DNA from: the human T2T-CHM13v2.0 reference genome, Homo sapiens
DNA: 64,000 nt
Reading direction: 5' to 3' (one strand)
Assembly: GCF_009914755.1 (NCBI RefSeq)
Contig: NC_060934.1
Shown here: piece after piece, positions 31,495-45,186 of the stretch
Numbering within the stretch: position 1 is the stretch's first letter
How the letters are laid out: each line of letters opens with the position of its first letter
The notes under the pieces: model-generated
The model's database searches: none
Seen by the model: only the letters and a program-made list of their open reading frames with translations
Told to the model about the DNA's origin: nothing
Translations under genes and position numbers: made by a program

Positions 31495-33095
31495 TTTTTA
31501 TTTTGAAGTAATTTCACACTTACAGAAAAGTTGCAGGACTAGTACAAAAATACCTATATACCCTTCACCGAGATTCACCAATTGTTATTTTGCCATATTT
31601 GCCTTATTATTTAGTCATTTTTGTTCTTTGTCATAATTACTACTTACAACGCAGGCATTTTCTTGAGCCATATGAAAATAAGTTGTGGACATCACACCCC
31701 TCAGACCTCTTTACTCTTAAATATTTCAGTGTGTATTTCCCTTTATCCTAAGAACAAGGATATCTGCTTACTGAACCACACTATATAGTTTCCAAAGTCA
31801 GGAAAGTTAACCCTGATATAATATTACCTAATATATGAATCTTACTCAAATTTTACCGATTATCCCAGTGACCTTTATATTCTCCCTTCTTAGTTTAAAA
31901 TCCAATTTAGCATCACTCATTAAATTTGATTTCCACTACTCTTTAGTCTCCTTTAGTCTAGAATGGTTCCTCAACCATTTATTTATTTATTTATTTTATT
32001 TATTTATTTTCATTTTTATTTATTTATTTATTTTTTGAGATGGAGCTTCACTGTTGCCCAGGCTGAAGTACGGTGGTGCAATCTGGGCTCACAGCAACCT
32101 CCGCGTCCCGGGTTCAAGTGGTTCTCCTGCCTCAGCCTCCTGAGTAGCTGGGATTACAGGTGTGCACCACCACGCTCAGCTAATTTTTGTATTTTTAGTA
32201 GAGACAGGGTTTCACCATGTTGGCCAGGCTGGTCTTGAACTCCTGATCTCAGGTGATCACCTGCCTCGGCCTCCCAAAGTGTTGGGATTACAGGCATGGC
32301 CACTGGGCCCAGCCCTTTTATTTATTTTTAATGACAATGACATTTTTTAATAGGATGGAACATTTATTTTGTAGAATTTCTCTTAATTTAGGTTTTTCTG
32401 ATGTTTCTTTATGATTAAGTTCATAATATTAAATAAGTGATAAATTATTAAATAAGTGATATATCCTCCTTTATGCATCATATCATGAAGCATACAATGC
32501 CAGTTTAATCAGGTGATGTTAACTTTGTTTTTACTTATTTTATTTTATTTTATTTTTGTGTGTGTATGTGTGATGTTAACTTTGATCACTTGGTGAGTTG
32601 ATGTCTGCCAGGTTTCTCCACTGAAATATTACTATTTTCCCCTTTATAATAAATAAGTTATTTGTGGGGAGATACTTTGAGGCTGTATAAACATCTTATC
32701 AAACTTTGATCCATTTTAGTTTTAGTATCAGTGATAGTTTCTTGCCTAAATCAGTTGCTCTGATAGATGGAAAATGGTAATTTCTTAACCCCTTTTTTTC
32801 TTCTGTATTTTTTAGTTAGCTTTATACTTTGAGGAAGACCTGTCCCTTTCCTGTATCAGTTTGAAGTCAGGATTCTTATTCTATGCAATAAGTTTTCTGT
32901 TAATGTTTCATATTTGGTCAGTGGAAGCCCCTTTCAGGCCACCTCCTGTGTCCTTTTGACATGTCCCAGGCTTTTTATGAGCACCTCTTAAATTCTGTTA
33001 CAAGATGTTCTAAATTCATCTTGTCCTTTTCCTGCTCTAACAATGGAATCCATTTTTCTAAAGAGATCTGGTTCCTTTGGTGAGGAATTGTTGAT
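31495..33095 (-). mobile_element. L1MC/ME-like 3' fragment
   Basis: TTACAGAAAAGTTGCA, TTTGATCACTTGGT..TCTGCCAGGTTTCTCCACTG, CCTGTGTCCTTTTGACATG. Confidence 0.6.
31978..32313 (-). mobile_element. AluS
   Basis: Antisense dimer, (TTTA)n tail. Confidence 0.9.
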
Positions 33096-33499
33096 ACACA
33101 TACCCCCTTTTTTGCCCATCTGCATACAGCTTCATTCACAAACATCAGCCATTGGGCAGTAGCCTCCTTATCTTGGTTTGCATTTTTTGGTGGTAGCAAA
33201 AATACTGAAATGTCGTTAACTCATAGCCACTAACAGCATATCCTTTCAGAATATTGTGCAAAGAAATTTATGGAAAGTAAAATACATAGGTTTTCAACTT
33301 AAATGTATGCTTGCTTTTTAGGGGAAAGATAGTCAAGTGAAGTTTTGAAAATAATCACATATCTTTGTGACATATCTTTGTGACACAAATAACAAGCAAA
33401 AATCATTTCTTTGATTTCAAGTGATTAGTTCAAGAGTTGAAAGTCAGTGATATATTCAGTATCTTTAATACCCTGAACCTATTTTTAATGATATTTAGG

Positions 33500-36400
33500 C
33501 ACTGAGATAGTATTTATGTACAATAAAATTCATCCAAAGAGTACATTTGGATGAATTTTGGTAAATGTATACAGTTGTCTAACCAGCATAGTGAGAGACA
33601 CAGGACATTTCCCTCACCCTAAGAAGTTTGTATGTGCCCTTTATAGTCAGTCCCCTTCCCAGACTCCCAGACCTGCACAATTATGAGTTTTACCTTTTCT
33701 AGAATTTTATATAATAGGAATCATAAAATACATAGTTTTTTTATGTTTGACTTCTTTTTGTTAGCATAATTTTTTGGGTTTTATTTTTGTTTTTGTATAT
33801 AAGCTTTTGTTCCTTTTTATTGCTGAGTAGTTCTCCATAGCATGGATATGCTACAGTTTGTTTATCATTTCACTTTTTTATGGACTTTTGAGTTGTTTCC
33901 AGATGTTGATTATTATGACTTAATTGTGTACATCTTTTTGTGGACATATTGTTTGATTTCTTTGGGATCAATACCTAGAGTTGGAATTGCTGAGTGGTAT
34001 TGTAAATATATGTTTAACGTTATATTATGATACGGTTTACCAAAGTGACTGAACCATTTTGTGTTTCCATCAGCAGTGTATGAGAGTTCCAGTGTTCCTC
34101 GTCTTACCAACATTTGGTATCATCAGTCTTTTTAACATAAGCCATTCTAGTGGGTGTGTGTAGTGGTATCTCATTTTGGTTTTAATTTTTATTTCCCTGA
34201 TACTGGTGAGGTTGAGCATCCTGTCCATCTATATATTTTATGTGATGTGTTTGTTTGAATCTTTTACCAATTTTAGAAAACATTATTATAAGTTATAATA
34301 ATTCTTTATATATTTTGTATAAACCCTTTGGTCAGGTATGTTATACAAATATTTTCTCTGAGGCTTGTCTTTTTCTTTGCGTCATTTGAAAAGCAGTTTT
34401 TTTTTTATCTCAATGAAGTTTATCAATCTTTTTCTCTTAAAATTTATGTTTTTTAATGTCCTGTTCAAAAAAATCTTTGCCTATACCAAATGCAAAAGAA
34501 AATCTCATGTTTTCTTCTAAAAGTTTAGTAGTAACTGTTATATTTTGATCTCTGATCCATTTCTATTTAATTTTTCTATATGGTGTGAGGTAGGAGTTGA
34601 GGTTTTATATTCCAAAAGAAAATCCATTTGTTCTAGCACCATTTGTTGAAAAGACTGTCTTTTGCCACATTGAATTACCTTGACATCTTTGTTTGGTCAT
34701 TTGACCATATACATGTTGGTATATTTCTGGACCCTACAGACATACCTGAGAGATAATGTGGATTGGGTTCCAGACCATCATAATAAAGCGAATGTCACAA
34801 TAAAGCAAGTCACATTATTTTTTTGGTTTCCCAGTGCATATAAAAGTTATGTTTATATTGTAGTCTGTTAAGTGTGCAATAGCATTATATATAAAGAAAC
34901 AATGTATATAACCTAAGAAATGCTTTGTTGTTGAAAATTGCTAACAATTATGTGAGCCTTCAGTAAATTGGAATCTTTTTGCTGGTGAAAGGTCTTGTCT
35001 TGATGTTGACTGCTGCCAACTGATCAAGTTGGTGGTTGCTGAAAGTTGGGGTGGCTGTGGCAATTTCTTGAAAGAAGACAACAATGAAGTTTGCTGCATG
35101 GATTAACTTCTTTTCAGGAAAGATTTCTCTGTAGCATGTGAGGCTGTTTGCATTTTACCCGTAGTAGAACTTCTTTCAAAATTGGAGCCAGTTCTCTCAA
35201 ACCCCATTGCTGCTGTATCAACTAAGTTTGCTTAATATTCTATATCCTTTGTTGTTATTTCAACAATGTTGACAGCATCTTCACCAGGAGTAGATTCCAT
35301 CGTAAGAAACCACTTTCTTCAAAACATGATGTAGACTCATTTAAAAAAAAATAAACCACTGTTTTGTTTTCTCATCCATAACAAGCAACTCTTCACCCTT
35401 TCAAGTTTTGTCACGAGATTGCAGCAATTAAGTTACATCTTAAGGCTCCACTTCAAGTTCTCTTACCATTTCCACCATATCTGCAGGTCCTTCCTCCACT
35501 GATGTCTTGAACTTCTCCAAGTCATCTGTGAGGGTTTGAATCAGCTTCTTCAAAACTCTTGTTAATATTTATATTTTGTTCTTCTCTCTTGAATCACGAA
35601 TGTTCTTAATGGCATCTAGAATGGCAAATCTTTTCCGGAAAGTTTTTAATTTACTTTGCCTAGATCCTTCAGAGGAATCACCAGCTATGGCAGCTATAAC
35701 CTTGCGAAATGTATTTCTTAAGTAACAAGACTTGAAAGTCAGTATTACTCTTGGATACATGGGCTGCAGAATGGGTATTGTGTTAGTAGGCATGAAAACA
35801 ACATTAATCTCCTTGTACATCTCCATCAGAGCTCTTGAATGACCAGGTGGATTGTCAGTGAGCAGTAATATTTTTAAAGGAATCTTTATTTTTTTCTTTC
35901 TGAGCAGTATGTCTTAACTGGGGACTTAAAATATTCAGTAAACCATAATATAAACACATGTGTTGTCATCCAGGCTTTGTTGTTCTGTTTATAGAGTACA
36001 GGCAATGTAGAGTTAGCATAATTCTTAAGGGCCCTCGAATTTGGGGAATCGTAAATGAGCACTGGCTTCAACTTTGGTCACCACTGCATTAGACTCTAAC
36101 AATCTCATCAACCTGTTCTTGAAGCTTTGAAGCCAGGCATTGACTTGTCCTCTCTCACTATGAAAGTCCTTGCTGACATCTTCCAGTATGAGGCCTTTTT
36201 GTCTACATTGAAAATCTGTTGTTTTGTGTAGCCACCTTCATCAGTGATCTTAGAGTGATCTTCTGTATAACTTGGTGCAGCTTCTGTATCAGCACTTGCC
36301 ACTTCACCTTGCACTTTTGTTGTTACAGAGATGACTTCTTTTCCTTAAACCTCATAAGCCAACCTCGGCTAGCTTCCAGCTTTTCTTCTGCAGCTTCCTC

Positions 36401-37450
36401 ACCTCTCAGCCTTCATAGAATTGAAGAGAGTTAGAGCCTTGCTCTGGATTAGGCTTTGGCTTAAGAGAATGTTGTGGCTGGTTTGATCTTCTATCCAGAC
36501 CACTCAGACTTTCTCCATATAAGCAATAAAGCTGTTTTACTTTGTCATTTTTGTGTTCACTGGAGTAGCACATCTAATTTTCCTTAAGAACTTTTTCCTT
36601 TACATCCACAAGTTGGCTAACTGACATTAGAGACCTATGTTTTGACCTGTCAGCTTTCAGCATGCCTTCCTCACTAAGCTCAATCATTTAAATCAAAAGC
36701 TCAAGCTTTTGATTTAAAGTGAGAGACATGCAACTCTTCCTTTCACTTGAACACTAGAGGTCATTGTAAAGTATATTAACTGGCCTAATTTCTATATTGT
36801 GTCTCAGGGAATAGGAGGTCGAAGGAGAGGGAGAAAGACAAGGGAACAGGTGTTCAGTGGATCAGAACACACCTAACATTTATCAATTTAGTTCACCATC
36901 TTATACAGGTGCAGTGTGTGGGACCTCAAAATAATTCACTACAGTAACATAAAAAATCACTAATTAGGAATCACCACTGTGAATAGTAACCATTAAAAAG
37001 ATTGAAATATTGCAAATATTACAAAAATGTGACACCAAGTGGTGTCACCATATGCTCTTGGGAAAATGGCACCACTAGACTTGGTCGACACAGGGTTGCC
37101 CCAAACCTTTAATTTGTGAAAGACACGGTATCTGCCAAGTGCAATAAAGTGAGGTGTGCCTGTGTTGTATGCCATTGATCTATATGTCTGTCCTTACACC
37201 AGTACCACAGTGTCTTTATTATATCTTTAAATGTAGAAATCTAGTAGTATGAGTCTTCCAGTTTTTTAGTTTTTCAAACTTGTTTTGCTAATCTAGGTCT
37301 TTGATCTTTCTTTATAAAGTTTATAAAGATTATAATCACCTTACCAATTCTTGAAAAAACCTTTGAGGATTTTGATTAGGATTGTATTGAAACTTCGATT
37401 AATTTGGAAAGAATTGCCACGTCAGTAGTGGTATTTCAGTTTACATAGTT
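33500..37450 (-). mobile_element. Old L1M 3' end, antisense, split by Tigger1
   Basis: L1 3' UTR and ORF2 C-terminal sequence continues across the Tigger1 (TTTCTGGACCC|...|TTGTATGCCATTGATCTATATGTCTG). Confidence 0.8.
34737..37162 (-). mobile_element. Full-length Tigger1 DNA transposon (TcMar-Tigger/pogo), decayed transposase
   Basis: Termini CAGACATACCT / AGGTGTGCCTG, TA at 34735; 2.43 kb; minus-strand ORF fragments 35569-35826, 35886-36071, 36108-36314 are pogo-type DDE transposase pieces. Confidence 0.93.
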
Positions 37451-37593
37451 TATCTCACCTGTATTAGTTTTTACTTTCTCTCAGCAGTGTTTTTATACTG
37501 TCATTTCCCTTCAACCCGAATAACTTCCTAAAGCATTTCTAGTGGCTTTGAGAGAGAGCTACTTTAAATTGTGGAGAAAAGCGTAGAGTAAAC

Positions 37594-37927
37594 TGCTGTG
37601 CTTTGAATGGGTCCTCTCCAAAATTCAGGTGTTGCCAATGTGATAGTATTAAGAGGTGGGGCCTTTTAAGAGGTGATTAGGCCATAAGGACTCCTTCCTC
37701 CTTAATGGAATTAAAAAAGGGGCTTGGTGTAGGGTTAGGCTAGCTTACTTGCCCTTCTCTGCCTTCTGCCATGTGAGAGCGCAGCAAGAAGGCCTTCACC
37801 AGACACCGAATGCTGTTGCCATGATTGTGGAATTCCAGGTTCCAGACTGTGAGAAAATAAGCTTCTGTTATTTATAAATGACTTACTCTCAGGAATTTTA
37901 TTATAGCAGCACAAAATGGGCTAGACA
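37594..37927 (+). mobile_element. MST-family MaLR solo LTR
   Basis: TGCTGTG.TTTGAATG..GTATTAAGAGGTGGGGCCTTT..TAGCAGCACAAAATGGGCTAGACA. Confidence 0.8.
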
Positions 37928-38171
37928 AACTCCATATTTGAAAATGTATTTTAGATACTTTATAGCCCTTCCTAGAAAACATAATAAAGGCTCCTATTAG
38001 ATAATAAAAGTGTATATTTGTAAAGCTTTTACTATTATTACAAATTATGACAAATATTATTTATAATATTATTATTAAAGCTTTTCCTGTTGGAAAATAT
38101 CTCAGCCCATTTAGTATTGTATTTCCTCCCCTGTTTTGGGTGATGGATGGTGACACCACAAAGCACTGGTA

Positions 38172-38474
38172 TTTTTTTTTTTTTTTTTCTTTGAGATGGA
38201 GTCTTGCTCTGTTTCCCAGGCTAGAGTGCAGTGGTGTCATCTTGGTTCACTGCAACTTCCGCCTCCCAGGTTCAAGTGATTCTTCTGCATCAGCTTCCTG
38301 AGTAGCTGGGACTACAGGTGCACACTACCATGCCTGGGTAGTTTTTTTGTATTTTTGGTAGAGATGGGGTTTCACCATGTCGGCCAGGCTGGTCTCAAAC
38401 TCCTGACCTCAAGTGATCCACTGCCTCGGTGTCCCAAAGTGCTGGGATTAACAGCATGAGCCACTGCGCCTGGC
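38172..38474 (-). mobile_element. AluS
   Basis: TSD AGCA(C/T)TGGTA. Confidence 0.9.
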
Positions 38475-39337
38475 AGCATTGGTAGTTTCTATAGCTCTTT
38501 TTCTTTCTGCTTCTCCCTACCACCTTCCACAACTCCTTTAAAAGAAATTACTTAAAGGATATTGGGAAGTGGACGCAAAGTAGTGAGTCTACCAGAGAAC
38601 ATAACAACCTGAAGATAGATGGACCTACACTTTCTCCTGAAAGCTGTATACAAAATTAAATTTTATATACAAACATATGTAAATACATTCTTCATTTGTT
38701 TCAGCAGCAGCAGTTAGGAAGTAAAAGAAAAATCCTTTTCATAATGACAAGAAAAAAGTAAGATAATAAGTACGTGGGAACTGTGTGAATAAACTTTGAA
38801 ATCCATTAAAGTCCACTTGGGTAAATTTAAACAGTTCCTAAAAGAGAAGACTGAATGTTTTAAGGATATTACTCTTTCTGAATTACTCTCTAGGTATAAT
38901 GCTATTGTGATCAAAAACACATTGTATGTCTTTGGGGAGCTTTTGCTGGGGGGATAGCAGAATTCACTAATCTAGGTCTTTGATCTTTCTTTATAAGTGA
39001 TTTTAAATATAATCTGAAGAATAAAGCTAGAATGGCCAGGATATCTTAAAGATATAAATAATGAGGGGGATTTTCCTTCCTAAATGCTAAGACTTATGTA
39101 ATTTTAAAAATATGCCACTGACGATAGATTTGAAAAATAAATCAATAAATGAAATTAATGTTTATAGAACTATTATGATGATTTTATAAAAAGTACCCTC
39201 AAACATTGCTTGGAAAATTAAGTGTTATTCAGTAGATGGTGCTAGAATTATTATTGGTTAATCATTATATTGCTTCCAGTAAACTCATAGGAAAGGAAAA
39301 AACTATATAAGAACAATAAACCATTAAAACATATTGA

Positions 39338-39702
<365 letters not shown>

Positions 39703-40474
39703 CAAAGAATCATTGTATACCAATGAAATCTGATGTCTACAAGTGTTGCACCATAGTACCCCGAACACTGCAAGTGGGAATACAAATTGGTATAACTTTT
39801 CCTTAGAAAAAAGTTTGTGAATATGTTTCAAGAAAGGAAGAAATTGTTTATTTTGGTTGATGGTTTCTCTTATAGTAATCTATCCCAAGGAAATAATGAG
39901 AATGTGGAACAAATTCATTAAAATGCACAGTTATAGTAACAAAATAAAAAACTGGTCTAATTGCAAATTATGGTACATTTATTAAGATAAGTGTTTTTGA
40001 AGAATATGTAACAATGTAAGAAAGAAAATCCTAATATTAATTGAGGATAAGTAAAATGATCTTCAGTGTGAGTCTCATTTAATTTTTTTAAGTTAATATG
40101 TCTGCGTATGTGTTTTTTAGGGGAATATATCAAATGATTGGCAGTTCATAGCTAAGATTGTTGAGAATACTAGTTGTTTTTACTTTCTCTTTATAGCTTT
40201 GTGTACAAGGTAGCTTTTTTCAGGATCTTCCAGAGAATGAGAAGAACAAGCATTATTTATAAAAGCATAAACCTTGTAGGATTTCTGTGCAATATATTTG
40301 CTTTAAGAAAAATGAAACTATAGATGATTGTGGCTTATAAATTTTTATTGATAAATGGTGAAACCTTTATTTATATAGAGGAATAAAAGACAAAAGAACA
40401 CAAGTCCCTGGTTAAGTTAATATAAAGTTAGTAGCTTAAATGGAATTGGTTTCAATTTACAGATGGAAAGACTC

Positions 40475-40758
40475 TTTTTGAGATGGAGTCTCGCTCTGTT
40501 GCCCAGGCTGGAGTGGAGTGGCACGATCTGGGCTCACTCAACCTCCGTCTCCTGGGTCCAAGCAATTCTCCTGCCTCAGCCTCCTGAGTAGCTGGGATTA
40601 CAGGTGCATGCCACCACGCCTGCCTAATTTTTGTATTTTTAGTAGAGATGGGATTTCACCGTGTTGATCAGGCTGGTTTTGAACTCCTGACCTCGTGATA
40701 CACCCGCCTCAGTTTCCCAAAGTGCTAGGATTACAGGCATGAGTCACCGTGCCTGGCC
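40475..40758 (-). mobile_element. AluS
   Basis: TSD GAAAGACTCTT. Confidence 0.92.
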
Positions 40759-41539
40759 GAAAGACTCTTAATAGATTAAAACACAAATAAAAAGATACAC
40801 TTGGATTTTTCAATATTGATTTCTCTTATGTAGTTCATGAAATAATTCACTTTGAAAATACTTCTGACTCAACAATTTACAGCTGTCTAGTTTCTTGAAG
40901 TTCCATAGATTGAAGAGTTTTATAGCATTTGTTTAGCATATTTTTCTGCTAAGTGTTTTGTCAGGAAAAAAGTTGTGATGTTCACCTTAGCAAATTTCAC
41001 AGCTTTGGCGAGACTTAATTCTAAATACAACAACTCTTATTTAATGTAGGAAAATAATAAAGTTATCTTTAAAGTAATCCAGATTCAGAGGATTCAAATA
41101 AGATGGTAATAAGCTTTATAATCTTTAAATGGATTCTCTAGGTAAGATTACATATATTGTTTTTGTGTAACTGAATTTAAGCCAAAAGTCCATTAAGTAA
41201 ACAGTATAGGACTATGAGAGATGGAGGAAACCCTTTGGGTTAATGGTGGTGTCACTGTAACAAATGCCTTAATTCTTCTACTCTCATCCCTCCCTCATTT
41301 TTTCAGTTGTTTATTAAGGAGAGAGTTTTTAAAAAGCTTAAGGACTGCTTTCTACCCTAGAGCTATAGAGTCATAAGCTCTGTGGACTTCTAGGCATATA
41401 TGCTCCTAAGAAGCTCACAGTAGATTATATAACAGAGCCACTTCTGCCTATGAGCCAGCCAATCTAGGTGGCCCAGTCTCTGCATCCTGAAGGAAGCAAC
41501 TCCTCCTAGGAGATAGAAATTCCAGTTGAAATCTGCAAC

Positions 41540-41842
41540 TTTATTTTTATTTATTTTTTTAAGACAGAGTGTCACTCTGTCACCCAGGCTAGAATGCAGT
41601 GGCGCAGTCTTGGCTCACTGCAACCTCCGCCTCCTGGGTTCAGGAGATTCTCGTGCCTCAGCCTCCTGAGTAGCTGGGATTACAGGCATGCGCCACCATA
41701 CCTGGATAATTTTTGTATTTTCAGTAGAGACAGGGTTTTGCCATGTTGGCCAGACTGGTGTCAAACTCCTGCCATCAAATGAGCTGCTCGCCTCGGCCTC
41801 CAAAAGGGCTGGGTTTACAGGCGTGAGCCACCGCACCTGGTC
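41540..41842 (-). mobile_element. AluS
   Basis: Antisense Alu dimer. Confidence 0.9.
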
Positions 41843-42039
41843 TGAATCTCCAACTTTACTCCTATTTAGTTTTATGCCAACAACTTGTTCTTTAATAATA
41901 AATATTCCTAAATTTATTAGGAATAATAAATGCAAAGAAAATGGTTTTTGAGTTACAGAAGATTTTGCATCTTTTTGTTATTTGCCATACTATACAATAA
42001 TGTATTATTTTAGAATTCAGCTGAGGGGAGATGACATGA

Positions 42040-42389
<350 letters not shown>

Positions 42390-42491
42390 ATCTCCTGGCT
42401 ATTTTATTAGCTCTGTTAGTTGTATGTCATACAAACTTTTTTATTCTTACTGGTTCATTTTATTGGAAGGGTTGACTTTACAAACAGAATT

Positions 42492-42800
42492 CCAGCAGGG
42501 TGTGGTGGCTCTCGCCTGTAATCCAGCACTTTGGGAGGCCAAGGCAGGAGGATTGCTTAAGGCCAGTAGTTCTGCAACAACCTGGGCATAGAGTGAGACT
42601 CCTTCTCTACAAAATATTTTAAAAATTAGCCTGGTGTGGTGGCACACACCCGTAATCTCAGCCACTTGGGAGGCTGAGGCAGGAGGATGGCCTTAGCCCA
42701 GGAAGGCAAGGCTTGCAGTGAGCTGTGATTGTGCCACTGCACTCAAGCCTGGGCAACAGAGCAAGATCCTGTCTTTAAACAAACAAACAACAACGACAAA
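42492..42800 (+). mobile_element. AluJ
   Basis: Sense J-type Alu. Confidence 0.9.
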
Positions 42801-43630
42801 AACAGAGAACTCCAGAACTCTCTGGCTTAGAAAATCTCACACCTAAAGGTGTTGAAAATGATGAAGATCTGTGTGAATAGTTAAGAGACACCTGGAAGGT
42901 CCATCATATTCGTAGCAACAGGTGAAATGACAGACCTATTAAATGTTTGTTTATTTGATTCATGAATCGGGCAGCCTCCCGAGCCACAGTAGGCTCTGAG
43001 ATTCCCCTGTTAGACGTTTAACAGATAATCAGAATAAGAGACAGCTAAGAGCCCTCCTGGGGTTGGAGCAAACCTCAAACACTGGCAACAACATGCCCCT
43101 GCAAAGGGGCCCACCAGCTTTTATTGGATCAGGCAAAGGAAATTAGAAACTAGTTTCAGATGAATTTTTAAAACTTACCAAAACGAATGAGATGTACTTA
43201 GCAGTACTTAGAGGATGTGTGTTTAAAAAGCATATCTCAAATCAATACCCTAATCATCCACATTAGGAAACTAGAAAAAGAAGAGCAAACTAAACCCAAA
43301 GCAGGCAGAAAGAGAGAAATAATAAAGATGCGAGAGCAGAAAGAAATGAAGTAATGTAAAAAATGATAGAGAAAATCAACAAAACCAAAAACTGGTTTTT
43401 TTAAAATATCAAATTAGGTAAACTTTAGCACTGATCAAGAAAAATAGAAGACTCAAGTTACTAATCACAAATGAAATATAGGAAGTCAGAAGTAAAAAGA
43501 ATTGGGGAATACAGTGAACACAATGTGTATGCCAGCAGTTTAGAGAATTTGATGAAATAGGCAAATTCCTAGAAAGTTACAAACTTACCAATACTGATGT
43601 AAGGCGAAACAGAAAATCTGAATAAATCTA

Positions 43631-44366
43631 TGATGCAGATTGAATTGTGTCCCCCTAAAACATGAATCCACCCCTGGTACCTGTGAATGTGACCTTATTT
43701 GGAAATACAGTAGTCTTCCCCCTTATAAGGGGGATGCCTGAAACTACAGATCGTACCAAACTCTATATATACTATGTTTTTTTCCTGTACACACATACCT
43801 ATGATAAAGCTTAATTTGTAAATTAGTCACAATAAGAGATTAAAACTAATAATAAAATTGAACAATTATAACAATATACTATAACAAAAGTTATGTGAAT
43901 ATTCTCTCTCTTTTCTCAAAATATTTTATTGTACTATACCATGGGTAACTGTGGAAAGCAAAACTGCAGATAAGAGGGGACCACTGTAAGGTCTTTGCAG
44001 GTGTAATCAATTTATGATGAAGTCATGTTGGATTAGAGTGGACCCTAAATCCAATGACTGGTTGCCTTATAAGGAGAAAGAGACTTGGAGACACAGACAC
44101 ACACACAGGGAAGAGGACCATGTAAAGATGGAGACAGAGATTGGAGTTACACTGCCACAAGGCAAGGAATGCCAAGGATTGTCAGCAACCACCAGAAACT
44201 AGGAAGAGGCAAGGAAGGACTCTTCTCTAGACCTTTCAGAGGGAAAATGACCCTATTGACACCCTAATTTTGGGTGCCTGGACTCCAGAGCTGTGAGAGA
44301 ATAAATCTCTGCTGTTTTAAGCCACCCAGTTTGTGATAAAATATAACACCCCTAGGGAACTAATAC
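43631..44366 (+). mobile_element. MLT1 (MLT1B/C-like) MaLR solo LTR, split by MER44
   Basis: GAATTGTGTCCCCC..GAATGTGACCTTATTTGGAAATA / AGGTCTTTGCAG..CCCTAAATCCAATGACTGG..CTGTGAGAGAATAAA..GGAACTAATAC. Confidence 0.85.
43708..43986 (-). mobile_element. MER44-type Tigger-derived MITE inserted in the MaLR LTR
   Basis: TA-CAGTAGTC(T)TCCCCCTTAT ... ATAAGAGGGGACCACTG-TA inverted termini. Confidence 0.8.
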
Positions 44367-44454
44367 TTAGAACAAGTATTGAGATTAAATTAGTAATTTA
44401 TAAACTCCCATCAAAGAAAAGCCCATGGCCAGGTATCTTCACTGGTATATATAT

Positions 44455-44592
44455 TTTTTCTTTCTTTTTTTAAATAGAGATGGGGTCTCATGATATTGCC
44501 CAGGCTGGTCTTGAACTCCTGGGCTCAAGCAATCTGCCCGCCTCGGCCTCCCAAAGTGCTGGGATTAGAGGTGTGAGCCACCACACTCTGCC
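44455..44592 (-). mobile_element. FLAM_C / Alu left monomer
   Basis: TSD TTCACTGG(T/C)ATAT. Confidence 0.85.
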
Positions 44593-44879
44593 TTCACTGG
44601 CATATTCTGTCAGACATTTAAAGACAAATTAATACCATTTCTTCACAAACTTTTTCAAAGTATAGGAGAAGAGAGAAGACGTCCTTATTCTGGGAGGCCA
44701 GTATTATTTATACGAAAACCAAAGATATCACAAGAAAACTACAGACAAATACCATTTATGAGTACCAGCACAAAAAAATCCTCAACAAAACATTAGCAAA
44801 TCAAAATTTGCAACATATAAAAAGTGTTATACACCACAACCAAGTGGAATTTATCCCAGGAGTGCAAAGTTGGTTTAAC

Positions 44880-45186
44880 TATTTATTTATTTATTTATTA
44901 TTTGAGGGTCTCGCCCTGGTCTTGCCCTGTCGTCCAGGCTGGAGCACAGTGGCACAATCATGGCTCACTGCAGCCTTGACCTCCCAGGCTCAGGAAATAC
45001 TCCTGCCTCAGCCCCCAAGTAGGTGCGACCACAGATGTGCACCACCATGCCCAGCTGTTAATAATTTTTTAACTGATTTGTAGAGACGGGGGTCTCCCTA
45101 TGTTGCCCAGGCTGGTCTCGAACTCCTGGGCTCAAGCGATCCTCCCCAGAGAGCTGGAATTACAGGCATGAGCCGCTGTACCTGGC
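44880..45186 (-). mobile_element. AluJ
   Basis: Antisense J-type Alu within L1. Confidence 0.85.

Noticed and set aside
35569-36314. Transposase-like ORFs as a domesticated TIGD-type gene
   Set aside because: Fragmented by stops and frameshifts; ordinary decayed Tigger1.
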